This document shows, in pieces, positions 8,701 through 18,395 of a stretch of 64,000 nt of DNA. Position 1 is the first letter of the stretch, and every line of letters begins with the position of its first letter. Under the pieces are notes generated by a model, which saw nothing but the letters and a program-made list of their open reading frames with translations, made no database searches and was not told the origin of the DNA. Origin of the DNA: a virus (Duplodnaviria; Heunggongvirae; Uroviricota; Caudoviricetes). Both the position numbers and the translations under genes were made by a program. The stretch is from IMG/VR virus record IMGVR_UViG_2541047715_000004; one strand, given 5' to 3'.

Positions 8701-10041
8701 ATGACCGAACTTTGCCATACAGGACGCGGGCTGTCCGAAGAGTTTGATGAAGATTTCCAGAACAGACTGACGGCATATTTTTGTCGTGATCACGAGTTTC
8801 TTACTCGTGCGGGAGATCTGGTTGTGCCTAGCCAGTTTGCCAATGCGGCCAATGCCATATTGGTTAATATGGTTTCGGGCTATTACCGTATGTACAAGAG
8901 CGCGCCCTCTTCATCTGCAATTCTGGATATGCTTAAGCGTGCGAAACGCGATAAGACTATCCGTGAGGAACTATTCGCCGATGTTGTTGCTGCGTTTAAG
9001 CGCATTCTTGCAGAAAAATTGTCCGATACCTCGTACATGGTTGACCAGGTATCAACCTTCGCAAAAAGTGTAGCGTTTGATGATGCTCTGATTAAGGCTG
9101 CTGAACTGAAAGAGAAAGGCGACTTTCAGGGGGCGATGGCAATCATGGCCAAGGTTCAGCAGATTGGATCGAACGAAGCGACCGGAATCTATGACTACTA
9201 CACCTCCGCAAGTGAGCGATTGAAAGCGCGTGAATATGAGGCTTCAGAGGAGTATGTACCAAACAGTATTACAACTGGACTCCCTCTTCTCGATAGGTTG
9301 CTGTACCAAAAAGGCTGGGCAAAGCGCGAAATGGTGCTCTTCATGGGGTTCGCTAAATCCGGTAAATCGACCGCAATGGGTGAGTTTTCCATAAACGCAA
9401 CGCTTGCTGGCTACAATGTTCTGTATCTCTCGCTGGAGGTTCACACCACCATTTTATCCGACCGTTTTGATGCAAGATTGTCGGAGACAGAAATGTCCAA
9501 GCTGGTGGAACGGCGCGATGAGGTTCATCGTAAGTTGGCAGAGTTGGGAGCCACGAAGGGGATTGGTAGTTTGTGGGTGGTTGAGCGTCCGTCAGGAAGT
9601 ATGTCACCGGCAGATCTGGACCGTATGCTTAACAGCATGAAAGCCAACGGCATGGTACCTGACATGGTTGTTGTCGACTACGCAGATTTGATGCGTGCCA
9701 GTTATGACCTTCGTGATGATCGCGCCAACATTCGTAGTATCTACACCGATTTACGTGCTCTTTATGACAAGCATAACGTTGCTGGGATCACGGCATCGCA
9801 GACAAACCGTGAAGGTGGCGCGTCAGAAGTTGCCACAATGATGCACGCTGCCGACAACATCGAAAAAGTACGTATTGCTGACCTGGTAATAACGATCAAC
9901 AAAACCGAAGAAGAAGAAGCGAAAGGAGAGGCTCGTCTCTACTTTGCCGGTTCACGTAACCAGCAGGGAGGGATCAGCATTCGCGTTAAACAAAACCTCG
10001 AACAAATGCGCTTCATTGAGCGAATCTTAGACGTTACCTAA
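8701..10041 (+). CDS. DnaB-like replicative DNA helicase
   Basis: Walker A GFAKSGKST, Walker B-like VVVDYADLM, RecA-fold C-terminal domain; 446 aa. Confidence 0.8.
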   Translation: MTELCHTGRGLSEEFDEDFQNRLTAYFCRDHEFLTRAGDLVVPSQFANAANAILVNMVSGYYRMYKSAPSSSAILDMLKRAKRDKTIREELFADVVAAFKRILAEKLSDTSYMVDQVSTFAKSVAFDDALIKAAELKEKGDFQGAMAIMAKVQQIGSNEATGIYDYYTSASERLKAREYEASEEYVPNSITTGLPLLDRLLYQKGWAKREMVLFMGFAKSGKSTAMGEFSINATLAGYNVLYLSLEVHTTILSDRFDARLSETEMSKLVERRDEVHRKLAELGATKGIGSLWVVERPSGSMSPADLDRMLNSMKANGMVPDMVVVDYADLMRASYDLRDDRANIRSIYTDLRALYDKHNVAGITASQTNREGGASEVATMMHAADNIEKVRIADLVITINKTEEEEAKGEARLYFAGSRNQQGGISIRVKQNLEQMRFIERILDVT

Positions 10042-10122
10042 AAAATAAGCGTGGAGAACACCTCCACGCTTGATTCATTGGTGAAACAACTTTTCTTTTG
10101 CCAAACCACAAAAGAAAAACAC

Positions 10123-11304
10123 ATGAGCCTTTATGTTATATCAACATTTAGGTTGGTCACAATATTGCCTGTTAAAAGTGGAATTATCGTGAGCGAGCTG
10201 AAAGAGCTAATTACCGAATTAGATTTTGAACAATGGTTGGATACTGAAGGTATCGTTTATCGACGTGGAGGCGTGAGTACTCGCGGTCGTGAAGTGAATA
10301 TCAAGGAGTGTCCGGTATGCGGCAGCTCCAACTGGAAGGTATATTTCAATCTGACCAGTGGCGTCGGTAAATGCTTCGCTGGTGATCATCCCGAAGAGAT
10401 TCAGTTCAATAAGCTGGTCTTCCTCAAGCACTACAGCGGCAAATCACGACGACAGTTCGAGGAATATGTGCAGAACGCCCTTCTTTCCCAGGGGTGGGCA
10501 CCAAAGAAAGAAGAGCTAGTGCTTGCAAGCACAGTCGAGTTAGAGGAGCCAGTTGCACTCCCTCGTCATTACGAGCTTCCTATAGATGGCCGTCTTCCAG
10601 ACTATCTGGTTGAACGAAACATATCGCCTGAAATGGCAAAGTATTTTGACCTACGATACTGCGTCGAAGGCAAGCACGCCTATGTAGATCCGTATACAGA
10701 TCAGGTTAAAGGACAGATATTCGATATGCGAATACTGATACCGGTTTACGATCTGGATGGGGTAATGAAGACATTTCAGGGACGAGACATTACCGGTACA
10801 GCAGAACGCCGCTACCTCTTTCCTATGCAACTTCCAGCTTCAGGTAAGTTTCTCTACAACGGCCATAATGCAGTCGGCAAACAGACTGTAGTTGTCTGTG
10901 AGGGGGCGTTCGATGTTATGGGGGTTAAACGAGCTATTTTTGACGAAGAAACATTACGTGATTACGTGGAACCAATAGGAACGTTCGGGATGCATCTATC
11001 TGGTAACACCACTCAGGATGCAGAAGATCAGTTAGGCGCGTTCCTGACGCTCAAGGCGCGTGGATTACGTAATGTGATCATGATGTGGGATAGTGAAAAG
11101 CAAGCTATACGCAACACGATGGCCGCAGCCAGGCGACTGACCAGTATCGGTCTTAATGTCAAAGTTGCGTGTTTGGGTGAGGAAGGACTCGACCCGGGCG
11201 GTGCAACGCCAGAACAAATTATCAAAGCCTATTATCGGGCAAAACCGTATACCAAACAGTTGGAGTTGCAAAGCAAGGTTTTGGGCATTAAGGCTCTATC
11301 ATAA
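10123..11304 (+). CDS. DNA primase (zinc-ribbon + TOPRIM-like)
   Basis: CPVCGSSNWKV...KC zinc ribbon; VVVCEGAFDVMG TOPRIM-like motif; start set at ATG 10123 with conserved aaagaaaaacacATG context, downstream of hairpin 10047..10071. Confidence 0.6.
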   Translation: MSLYVISTFRLVTILPVKSGIIVSELKELITELDFEQWLDTEGIVYRRGGVSTRGREVNIKECPVCGSSNWKVYFNLTSGVGKCFAGDHPEEIQFNKLVFLKHYSGKSRRQFEEYVQNALLSQGWAPKKEELVLASTVELEEPVALPRHYELPIDGRLPDYLVERNISPEMAKYFDLRYCVEGKHAYVDPYTDQVKGQIFDMRILIPVYDLDGVMKTFQGRDITGTAERRYLFPMQLPASGKFLYNGHNAVGKQTVVVCEGAFDVMGVKRAIFDEETLRDYVEPIGTFGMHLSGNTTQDAEDQLGAFLTLKARGLRNVIMMWDSEKQAIRNTMAAARRLTSIGLNVKVACLGEEGLDPGGATPEQIIKAYYRAKPYTKQLELQSKVLGIKALS

Positions 11305-11379
11305 CAATCACCTTTAAAATAAGTAGATGATTACTTATCTTTCTGTGAGAATACTTTCATCTGTTAGCTAGGAGTTGGT

Positions 11380-12156
11380 ATGAAAGACGAAATTCAGAAA
11401 TTAGCCTGCGACATCATTGATAAAACTGGTTTAGAAATCAGCGAGAGCAATCGACTAGACATCATTGAAAAAGCGGTAAAAACAGCAATGGATCATATCG
11501 CCACTCGTTTGGTCGAGATCCCGCTACCGGGGCTACCTTATCTGAAGGTTAAGTTACACGTATGGGGTGAACCTTCTTGTGCACGACGTTCTGCATTAGT
11601 TGTTTTTATTAGCAAAGAAAACCCGCTCAGTCTTAAAGTGCAGGTTGGAGCATGGCTTGATGGCAGAGTGATCTACACAAATACCGTTTTTTGTCTTTCA
11701 AACGACGAAACTATTGAAGCGGCCATTCAAGAAGCAGTTCTAGCAATGCGCAGCAGCGGTTTGATGAAGAATAACTACGAAGAGTACTTGCGTTCGATAA
11801 GTGGTGAAAAGACATTATCTCTGAAAGCAGATTTCGTTACCCCGAAAAATCTGTTGGAAGTCTTGCTTAATAAAGGGGCTAATGATGCCGTAAATGTAAT
11901 CAGAGAGAGTGAGTATGCGTCTCTTTGCGACATGTGCAAAAGCCAGTTGGATCTGGTGCATATCGTTATTGATGCTGGGAAGGCATGTGATGGCGTAATG
12001 GCGGAATTTGCTTGGAAGGTGGTCAGGATTGCTAACGAATTACCGATGATAGAGCAAGAGGCTAAATCATACGCCACCAATCATATCACAGAGCTTCTTG
12101 CCCCCTATCGCTTAGAAAGCAATCAGCGCAAGATGATTAGCTGGGGAAGTTGGTAA
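11380..12156 (+). CDS. hypothetical protein
   Basis: 258 aa ORF. Confidence 0.45.
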   Translation: MKDEIQKLACDIIDKTGLEISESNRLDIIEKAVKTAMDHIATRLVEIPLPGLPYLKVKLHVWGEPSCARRSALVVFISKENPLSLKVQVGAWLDGRVIYTNTVFCLSNDETIEAAIQEAVLAMRSSGLMKNNYEEYLRSISGEKTLSLKADFVTPKNLLEVLLNKGANDAVNVIRESEYASLCDMCKSQLDLVHIVIDAGKACDGVMAEFAWKVVRIANELPMIEQEAKSYATNHITELLAPYRLESNQRKMISWGSW

Positions 12157-12211
12157 TCTCTCCGCGCGTCGTTTTTTACGCAAATAACGATAGGTAAGTA
12201 CAAGATTATTT

Positions 12212-12694
12212 ATGGCGGTAGTTGTGAAAGCTGATTTGTCAAAAATCCCCTCTATTTCAGGAAATAATGGTTATTCACTTCGTTGTGAGGAAGTAAAGAT
12301 AAACGGTGAGTCGGCATATTGCAGCTACTCCGTTTGCCAGCACACCATTCTTGCCTTCAAAGAAAACCGTCTTCCTCGAACTTCATTCCAGTCGTGCGCA
12401 ACCGCTATCAAAGCAGGCAAATGCAAGGCGTTAAAAATGATGGTTGAAGAGATTCGTAAAGGAGAATCTCTGTATTTCGAAGATATGACCGTGCTCATTA
12501 AGGAGGTTGAAGAACGGAATAAACAAGCCAGAACTTTAAAACGAAAACGTGACAGTGTAACGATTAATAGCATGGTTAAGAAGAGCACCACATCACAAAC
12601 AGCGATCACTGACGTGTATGCGGCGTTGCTTGAAGAAACAACAAAAGAAACACATGAGCAAATCGATCAACATATGGAGGTAAAACAACAATGA
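12212..12694 (+). CDS. hypothetical protein
   Basis: 160 aa ORF, Cys-containing N-terminal half, basic C-terminal half. Confidence 0.45.
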   Translation: MAVVVKADLSKIPSISGNNGYSLRCEEVKINGESAYCSYSVCQHTILAFKENRLPRTSFQSCATAIKAGKCKALKMMVEEIRKGESLYFEDMTVLIKEVEERNKQARTLKRKRDSVTINSMVKKSTTSQTAITDVYAALLEETTKETHEQIDQHMEVKQQ

Positions 12695-14013
12695 AAAAGT
12701 TGATCGCACTTAAGCATAAGCTGGACGAAATGAAAGCTATGGGAACCAATGCAAAAAAAGAGGCATTGGCCAACATGGATGACTTCGAGCAAAGCATGGT
12801 TTCATTGATGCTCAACCCTTTCATCCGTTTTGGGGTAAAGAAATACAAAGTGGCAGAGCCGCTTAGTGAGTCCATCCCAAGTGACGAAAAAGCCATTGAT
12901 GTACTGAATAAGCTGGCCTCTCGCGAGCTAACGGGGAACGCAGCAATAGCAGCTGTTGAGTCTATCGTGGCGTCAATGTGCGCCGATGGGCAGGACGTGT
13001 TCCGTCGTTTCCTCTTAAAAGACCCGAAAGCAGGTGTTGGGATTAGCCTATGCAACAAGGTTTTTGAAAATCCCATTCCGAAATTCGAGGTGCAGCTGGC
13101 GTCACCGTATAAAGAAAAAGGCGACAAATACCCCTTCAAGCCAAATCCTAAAGCAAAATGGCCGATGATTGGCAGTCTTAAGCTCGATGGTTTGCGAGTA
13201 ATTTGCGAGGTTATTGTTGACGAGGAAGAGGTTAACTTCCTTTCTCGTACTGGTAATCCAATCACGTCTCTCGATCACCTAAAGCCAGCAATGCTCGAAT
13301 TAGGCAAACTTTCAGGCCACAAACACATCTTCTTCGATGGTGAAGGAACTGCCGGTTCATTTAACCAGTCCGTATCTGCATTGCGCAAAAAGAACGTGCA
13401 GGCAATTGGCGCTATTTATCATGTTTTCGACTTCTTCCTACCGGAATGGCGAGCACAGGCTAAATCCAAAGAGTATGCAAAGACAGGTATGAAGCTGAAA
13501 GAGCGCCTGGCTATGCTGGTGGCGTTGTTCAAAAACGATCGCAGTGAAGGCTACACACAAGACATTCACCTGCATCCGTTCTATATCATCCATAGCCACG
13601 AAGACTTCATCGAACGCTTCATGAAACGCCTGGACGATAACGAAGAAGGGGAGATGGGCAAAGATCCGAACTCTGTTTACGAGTTTAAACGTACCCGCAG
13701 CTGGTGGAAGTTAAAAGACGAAGATTCAGAAGATGGTGAAATTATCGACTTTGAGCCGGGCGACCCGGACTCTGGTTTTGCCAACACACTTGGAAAAATT
13801 GTTATTCGTCTTGAAAACGGCGTCATCGTTCGTGCGAGCGGCATTAAGCATAAATATCTGGATGAGATCTGGAACAACAAAGAGAAGTACCGTGGTCGTA
13901 TTGTCGAGGTTCATTGTCACGAGAAAACACCGGACGGCAGCTTACGCCACCCACGACTGAAATGGCCGCGTTGCTTACGCGATACAGAAGATCGAATCGG
14001 AGATAAAGAATGA
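12691..14013 (+). CDS. ATP-dependent DNA ligase
   Basis: KxDG adenylation motif (SLKLDGLRV); 440 aa. Confidence 0.8.
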   Translation: MKKLIALKHKLDEMKAMGTNAKKEALANMDDFEQSMVSLMLNPFIRFGVKKYKVAEPLSESIPSDEKAIDVLNKLASRELTGNAAIAAVESIVASMCADGQDVFRRFLLKDPKAGVGISLCNKVFENPIPKFEVQLASPYKEKGDKYPFKPNPKAKWPMIGSLKLDGLRVICEVIVDEEEVNFLSRTGNPITSLDHLKPAMLELGKLSGHKHIFFDGEGTAGSFNQSVSALRKKNVQAIGAIYHVFDFFLPEWRAQAKSKEYAKTGMKLKERLAMLVALFKNDRSEGYTQDIHLHPFYIIHSHEDFIERFMKRLDDNEEGEMGKDPNSVYEFKRTRSWWKLKDEDSEDGEIIDFEPGDPDSGFANTLGKIVIRLENGVIVRASGIKHKYLDEIWNNKEKYRGRIVEVHCHEKTPDGSLRHPRLKWPRCLRDTEDRIGDKE

Positions 14014-14172
14014 TGCTCGGCTGGATGATTGCATTTTTAGCAGTTGGTTTTTTCATAGGTATTGTGGTGATGTCCAGTTGCATCAATGACTACATTAAAA
14101 GCGGTGTTATAGAAAGACGCGGTCGTATTTATCGCATTGTAGAAATAACCAACACCCTGAAGGAGATTAAGG

Positions 14173-14388
14173 ATGATCGTATTAAGTAAACGGGAGAAGG
14201 AAACGCTTCATGAAATCAGTAAGTGGCCGGAGTTCCCTGAGTACTGGAAGCCTAAAACGCGAGCTAAGTTAGAGCGTTTAGGGTTGGTTGCAAACGTTTC
14301 TGAAACGTGGTGTTCGGCCAACTACCAGTTAACTGATAAAGGGAAAGTATTGCTACAGCAATTAGTAGAATCAGGAGTGTTAAAATGA
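14173..14388 (+). CDS. hypothetical protein
   Basis: 71 aa ORF. Confidence 0.35.
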   Translation: MIVLSKREKETLHEISKWPEFPEYWKPKTRAKLERLGLVANVSETWCSANYQLTDKGKVLLQQLVESGVLK

Positions 14389-14533
14389 TTCCATACATCT
14401 AATTAGCTTTTATGGGTGGCTTCCTTATCGGCTTCGGCATCTGTCGTGATTTAATTAAGCAGGAACTTAAAACCAAAACACTGTGCATCGGAAAGCGTGT
14501 GTATCGGGTAGTTCATGAAACAAAGGTGAAAAA

Positions 14534-14824
14534 ATGAGCAATTTAACTTCTTGGGAATGGTGGTTGGCCACCTATTTCTTAGCGGCCGGAGTCGCATTCG
14601 CCTTTTACGTAGGTCAGTTAGTCGTAAAACTGTTGCTGATTAAATTTGCTAGTCATAAACGTATCGATGATGGTCTGTGGCGTCTTGGCACCCTAGTGGA
14701 AACTCGCTACGGGCAACTTAAGGAGAACGAAACCATTACTATCCAAGCGAAACGATTCACTGCCACCATTACAAGAACACCTAGTCGTAGAGTGGCCTTG
14801 ATCAAAAAAGTCACAACCGAATAA
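14534..14824 (+). CDS. small membrane protein
   Basis: 96 aa; N-terminal TM helix; two shorter unlisted ORFs (about 14009..14188 and 14412..14537) have similar hydrophobic N-termini and RxYRxVE-like tails. Confidence 0.35.
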   Translation: MSNLTSWEWWLATYFLAAGVAFAFYVGQLVVKLLLIKFASHKRIDDGLWRLGTLVETRYGQLKENETITIQAKRFTATITRTPSRRVALIKKVTTE

Positions 14825-15602
14825 AAACATATTGATAAGTATTTACTTACTTATCTTTTGTGTATAAGATGACTTTGTTTTCGTTGAGACGCGACTGTTT
14901 GAACTTAAATACAAGTGCAAACGAAGAAGTCTATCTGGCAGTAGCCTAATAAGCCAAACACCAGCGAGGTCAGTTTCCAGCCTCGTTACCGAAATGGGAC
15001 ACACTGAGCGAGTGTGATTGCAGAACGCAGGAGGGAACATTCATGTTCCCTCCGATGAAGTAACAGAATGGGCGGTTGGTATATTTTCAACTCCATATGA
15101 CTCCCGGATTCTTAGCCACTGACCGCCCATCCTGTTACGTCATTTTGTTCAATTATGTCGTTTATACTGGGTTAAAAAGCGGCGACGTAGCCCGGCTGGT
15201 ATGGTTAGCCAGCACACAACGTTGAGGCCATTACATTTTTATCAATTCTAAGGTTCTATTCACAGAGATACCGGCGAGCGTTGATATGTAACATGTTGGG
15301 CAAACATTCAATCGGAGTAGTGGCCTCAACGTTGTGAAGACGGGATTGTTGTGTAGGTTTAACCACTGTTGCCATTGGTGCCTGTTTTCACAACAAATGA
15401 TTCCATACATCACATTGTATAAATTACAAAGTAGGTGCTGTCCTCAGAAACATCATCTACTTAAAGATTTTGCCTTCTACTATTGAGCGAAGTCGAAAGC
15501 GTCTGGCACTAACGAAAAGTGCAAGTAGCGGTGCGTTTCCTGGCAGAAACTAAACCGTCGCGATTGGCACTGTTGAGTAATAAATACTGGCAGTGCTGAA
15601 TT

Positions 15603-15677
15603 GATGGTGTAGCTCAGCGGTAGAGCAGTTGGCTGTTAACCAACTGGTCGGTGGTTCGAATCCACCCACCATCGCCA
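15603..15677 (+). tRNA. tRNA-Asn (GTT)
   Basis: Cloverleaf by eye: acceptor GATGGTG/CACCATC, D stem GCTC/GAGC, anticodon loop CTGTTAA, T loop TTCGAAT, CCA end. Confidence 0.8.
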
Positions 15678-15682
15678 ATTTA

Positions 15683-15769
15683 GGGGAGTTAGTCCGTAGA
15701 GGTAGCGGTGTAGACTGTAAATCTACTGTCATTGCGACTCGGGTGGTTCGACTCCATCACTCCCCACCA
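15683..15769 (+). tRNA. tRNA-Tyr (GTA), long variable arm
   Basis: Acceptor GGGGAGT/ACTCCCC, anticodon stem GTAGA/TCTAC with loop CTGTAAA, T loop TTCGACT, CCA end; D arm atypical. Confidence 0.65.
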
Positions 15770-15773
15770 AATT

Positions 15774-15849
15774 GCCGGTTTAGCTCAGTTGGTAGAGCGC
15801 CTGCCTTGTAAGCAGGATGTCAGCGGTTCGAGTCCGTTAACCGGCACCA
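15774..15849 (+). tRNA. tRNA-Thr (TGT)
   Basis: Acceptor GCCGGTT/AACCGGC, D stem GCTC/GAGC, anticodon stem CCTGC/GCAGG with loop CTTGTAA, T loop TTCGAGT, CCA end. Confidence 0.8.
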
Positions 15850-16076
15850 ACACAACAGGAAAGAGCATTGAAAACCGCCGAGACTGCCCTGTTTTAAGCG
15901 TAAGTCCGTGCAAACGTCATACAGTGCTCTTTTCGTTGTGGTTGATGCGCAGACTGATGCGCGGAAAGAAATGCCCCAGCGACACACGAGGCGAGTTCAC
16001 ACACTGCAATGCAGTCAGTAGCCGGGGTCGCTAAGCCGGAGATCAGTACCGGTAACCACAACAATTGGAGAGTAGG

Positions 16077-16163
16077 GAGCATGGTGCTCAAGCGGTCTTG
16101 AAAACCGTCCCATTGCGCAAGCGATGATGGTTCGATTCCATTACTCTCCGCCAGACACAGCGT
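16077..16163 (+). tRNA. tRNA-Ser (TGA), long variable arm
   Basis: Acceptor GGAGAGT/ACTCTCC, anticodon stem GCGGT/ACCGT with loop CTTGAAA, T loop TTCGATT, CCA end. Confidence 0.6.
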
Positions 16164-16307
16164 TGAGCGGTTTGGCCTTTTAATCACCCAGATTAAGACT
16201 CCGCTAACATAAACCAGACCGCTCAACGCTGTGATAGACAATTACGGCAGACGTTCTTAACCATAGCTTGCTAACATCCTAGCAACACTTTTTTCAGCGC
16301 AAAATTC

Positions 16308-16330
16308 AAAGGGGCTTCGGCCCCTTTTTT
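16308..16330 (+). terminator. rho-independent terminator after tRNA cluster
   Basis: GGGGC-TTCG-GCCCC hairpin followed by TTTTTT. Confidence 0.8.
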
Positions 16331-16457
16331 ACTGGGTTGACTCCAGAATATTTCCAGGTATGGTTTTACCACTTTTGGGTCTTCATTTAGCAACGGCAGC
16401 ATTAGACTGCCTGCATGTGGGTGACAGGATGTGGCAGAAAAACATGGAGATAAGCCA

Positions 16458-17012
16458 ATGAATAAGCGCAACCTCAATATTCTTGCCTCTCTGGTAATCA
16501 TGCTCGCTCTGACGGGATGTAACGAATCGGAGATCGACAAAATTACCTTAATAGGTAGAGATAAAAGCGATCTTGCACAGAACTATAAAGCCCAGTTCCA
16601 AGAGCAAACACCCAGTATTGAGGTATTCGCTCTTCAAGATAAAAATGCACCGAATGAACAGGAACCACATACGCATGGAAATCTCATTGATGGAAAGGTT
16701 GAATCGTCTTTAACGACAAATGTCGGTAAGTATACGTTCATGCAGATCGGTGAAATGATGACAAGGGAGTACGGAAAACCGGTAGCAACGAAAGACAGAA
16801 TTTTCGACCAAGAAGCTATCTCAGGTATGGACTGTATTGAGACAAAGACCTGTGGTGCAGGCAAGTATTATGAAGTCTATCGAGGGAAGGATCGTTTAGT
16901 AATGGTGATTAACGGTGCAGGCTTTGTGAACGAAAAAGAGGGTGTAACATTGCTTTCTATCACCGATAAGATGATTAAAGTTTCACGCTTGAAAGAAGAC
17001 AAACGCAAATAG
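16458..17012 (+). CDS. lipoprotein of unknown function
   Basis: Start set at MNKRN; signal peptide with lipobox LTGC; about 184 aa. Confidence 0.55.
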   Translation: MNKRNLNILASLVIMLALTGCNESEIDKITLIGRDKSDLAQNYKAQFQEQTPSIEVFALQDKNAPNEQEPHTHGNLIDGKVESSLTTNVGKYTFMQIGEMMTREYGKPVATKDRIFDQEAISGMDCIETKTCGAGKYYEVYRGKDRLVMVINGAGFVNEKEGVTLLSITDKMIKVSRLKEDKRK

Positions 17013-17019
17013 CCATAGA

Positions 17020-17832
17020 TTGTTTAACACTGCGAGGTTAAATGTGAGTAACAGAGATGATTTTTCCCCATCGGTGAAGCGAACACTAGCCGAACGCGTA
17101 GGCTGGAAGTGCTCTTATCCTGGCTGCAACCAGACAACTGTAGGTCCAGATAGCAGTGATACAAACAGCAGGATTAATAATGGTATTGCGGCACATATTA
17201 CAGCAGCAGCGCCAGGTGGACCGAGATATGATCCTAGCTTAACCCCAGAACAGCGAAGCTCGATTGATAACGGTATATGGATGTGTCGTTCACATGGCGC
17301 ACTCATTGACTCTGACTACACTATCTATTCCGTTGAGCAATTGAAAAACTGGAAGCAGCTGGCCGAAACTCAACAATCTCTTCTGCTACAGATGACGCAC
17401 CAGGTGAGTCAGAACAATTACTCAGAAAGAGACGTCGGTGTTTTAAAAGCCATTACTGATATTTTTAATTACAACTACCTCCAAATGCTGAAGAGCGAAC
17501 AGTTCCGGGCAAAAGTTAGCACCGACATTACCGACCCTCTCTACGCATTTGATAATATTGCCCATAACCCCTTTTACAGCTTCAATGATGTTGTTTTAGA
17601 AACAATCCGTATGGAGTTGGTCGGGAAAGTGAACAACTTTTGGGCGCTGTTCAGAGAACATTCTGCTGGAGGGCTTGGGTATTATGATTATATCGATATC
17701 CCCCATATCAGACGTTTTTATCCTGATCAGGTTGAGCGCTATTACGGAATCATTAACCAAACACAAGATCTGGCGTATGAAATCAGCATAACGGCACAGA
17801 AATTACTCGAAATTAGAGCAAAACTGCCGTGA
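17020..17832 (+). CDS. HNH-motif nuclease-like protein
   Basis: CSYPGC ... AAHITAAAPGGPRYD ... NGIWMCRSHGALID arrangement typical of HNH zinc-finger nucleases; 270 aa with extra C-terminal domain. Confidence 0.55.
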   Translation: MFNTARLNVSNRDDFSPSVKRTLAERVGWKCSYPGCNQTTVGPDSSDTNSRINNGIAAHITAAAPGGPRYDPSLTPEQRSSIDNGIWMCRSHGALIDSDYTIYSVEQLKNWKQLAETQQSLLLQMTHQVSQNNYSERDVGVLKAITDIFNYNYLQMLKSEQFRAKVSTDITDPLYAFDNIAHNPFYSFNDVVLETIRMELVGKVNNFWALFREHSAGGLGYYDYIDIPHIRRFYPDQVERYYGIINQTQDLAYEISITAQKLLEIRAKLP

Positions 17833-18069
17833 GTCATGACGATATCCCTCTACATAGTAGAGGGATAATGCACAAATAATAGGTAATGACTTACCTATTA
17901 TTTGTCGGTATAGTTCTTTCATTATTCACTTAAAAGGACTCAATATGGGAAACAAACGTAAACAGGCGCGTCGCGCAGCTCATCAGGCACTGAAGTCAAA
18001 ACCATGTATCCACTACTGCGAAATTGGCACAATCATCGTTAATGAACAGCAGTTGCACGAGGTGAAGTG

Positions 18070-18315
18070 ATGAAAGTCGTTATCTACGGACGAGATAACT
18101 GTTCATACTGCAAACGTGCGGTCGAGCTGGCGAAGCAACTAAAGGGACATGGCTACGGTGATTATGAGTACATCGACATCACCACTGCCGGTATCGACAA
18201 GGAAAAACTTAGTGAAATTGTTGGTAAACCGGTAGAGACTATCCCCCAGGTACTGATCAATGGCCAACCGATTGGCGGATACACAGAACTGGCTGCATAC
18301 GTCAGCACCCTCTGA
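18070..18315 (+). CDS. glutaredoxin (NrdH/NrdC-like redoxin)
   Basis: CSYC active site near N-terminus; about 81 aa. Confidence 0.8.
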   Translation: MKVVIYGRDNCSYCKRAVELAKQLKGHGYGDYEYIDITTAGIDKEKLSEIVGKPVETIPQVLINGQPIGGYTELAAYVSTL

Positions 18316-18317
18316 TT

Positions 18318-18344
18318 TAAACGGCTCACAAGAGCCGTTTTTAT
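18318..18344 (+). terminator. rho-independent terminator
   Basis: AACGGCTC-ACAA-GAGCCGTT hairpin followed by TTTTATT. Confidence 0.7.
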
Positions 18345-18395
18345 TCCCACCAAACTCACTCCTGTTTCCCTTAAAATTCAAAAAACAACGTCTAA

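Noticed and set aside
10051-10122. Upstream extension of the primase ORF (start at 10051)
   Set aside because: Extension begins inside a terminator-like hairpin (10047..10071); the ATG at 10123 carries the conserved aaagaaaaacacATG context seen at other genes
15550-16241. ORFs 15550..15732(-), 15629..15811(+), 15732..16034(+), 15894..16241(-) in the tRNA region
   Set aside because: They overlap tRNA genes or hairpin-rich spacer, with no start context; treated as spurious
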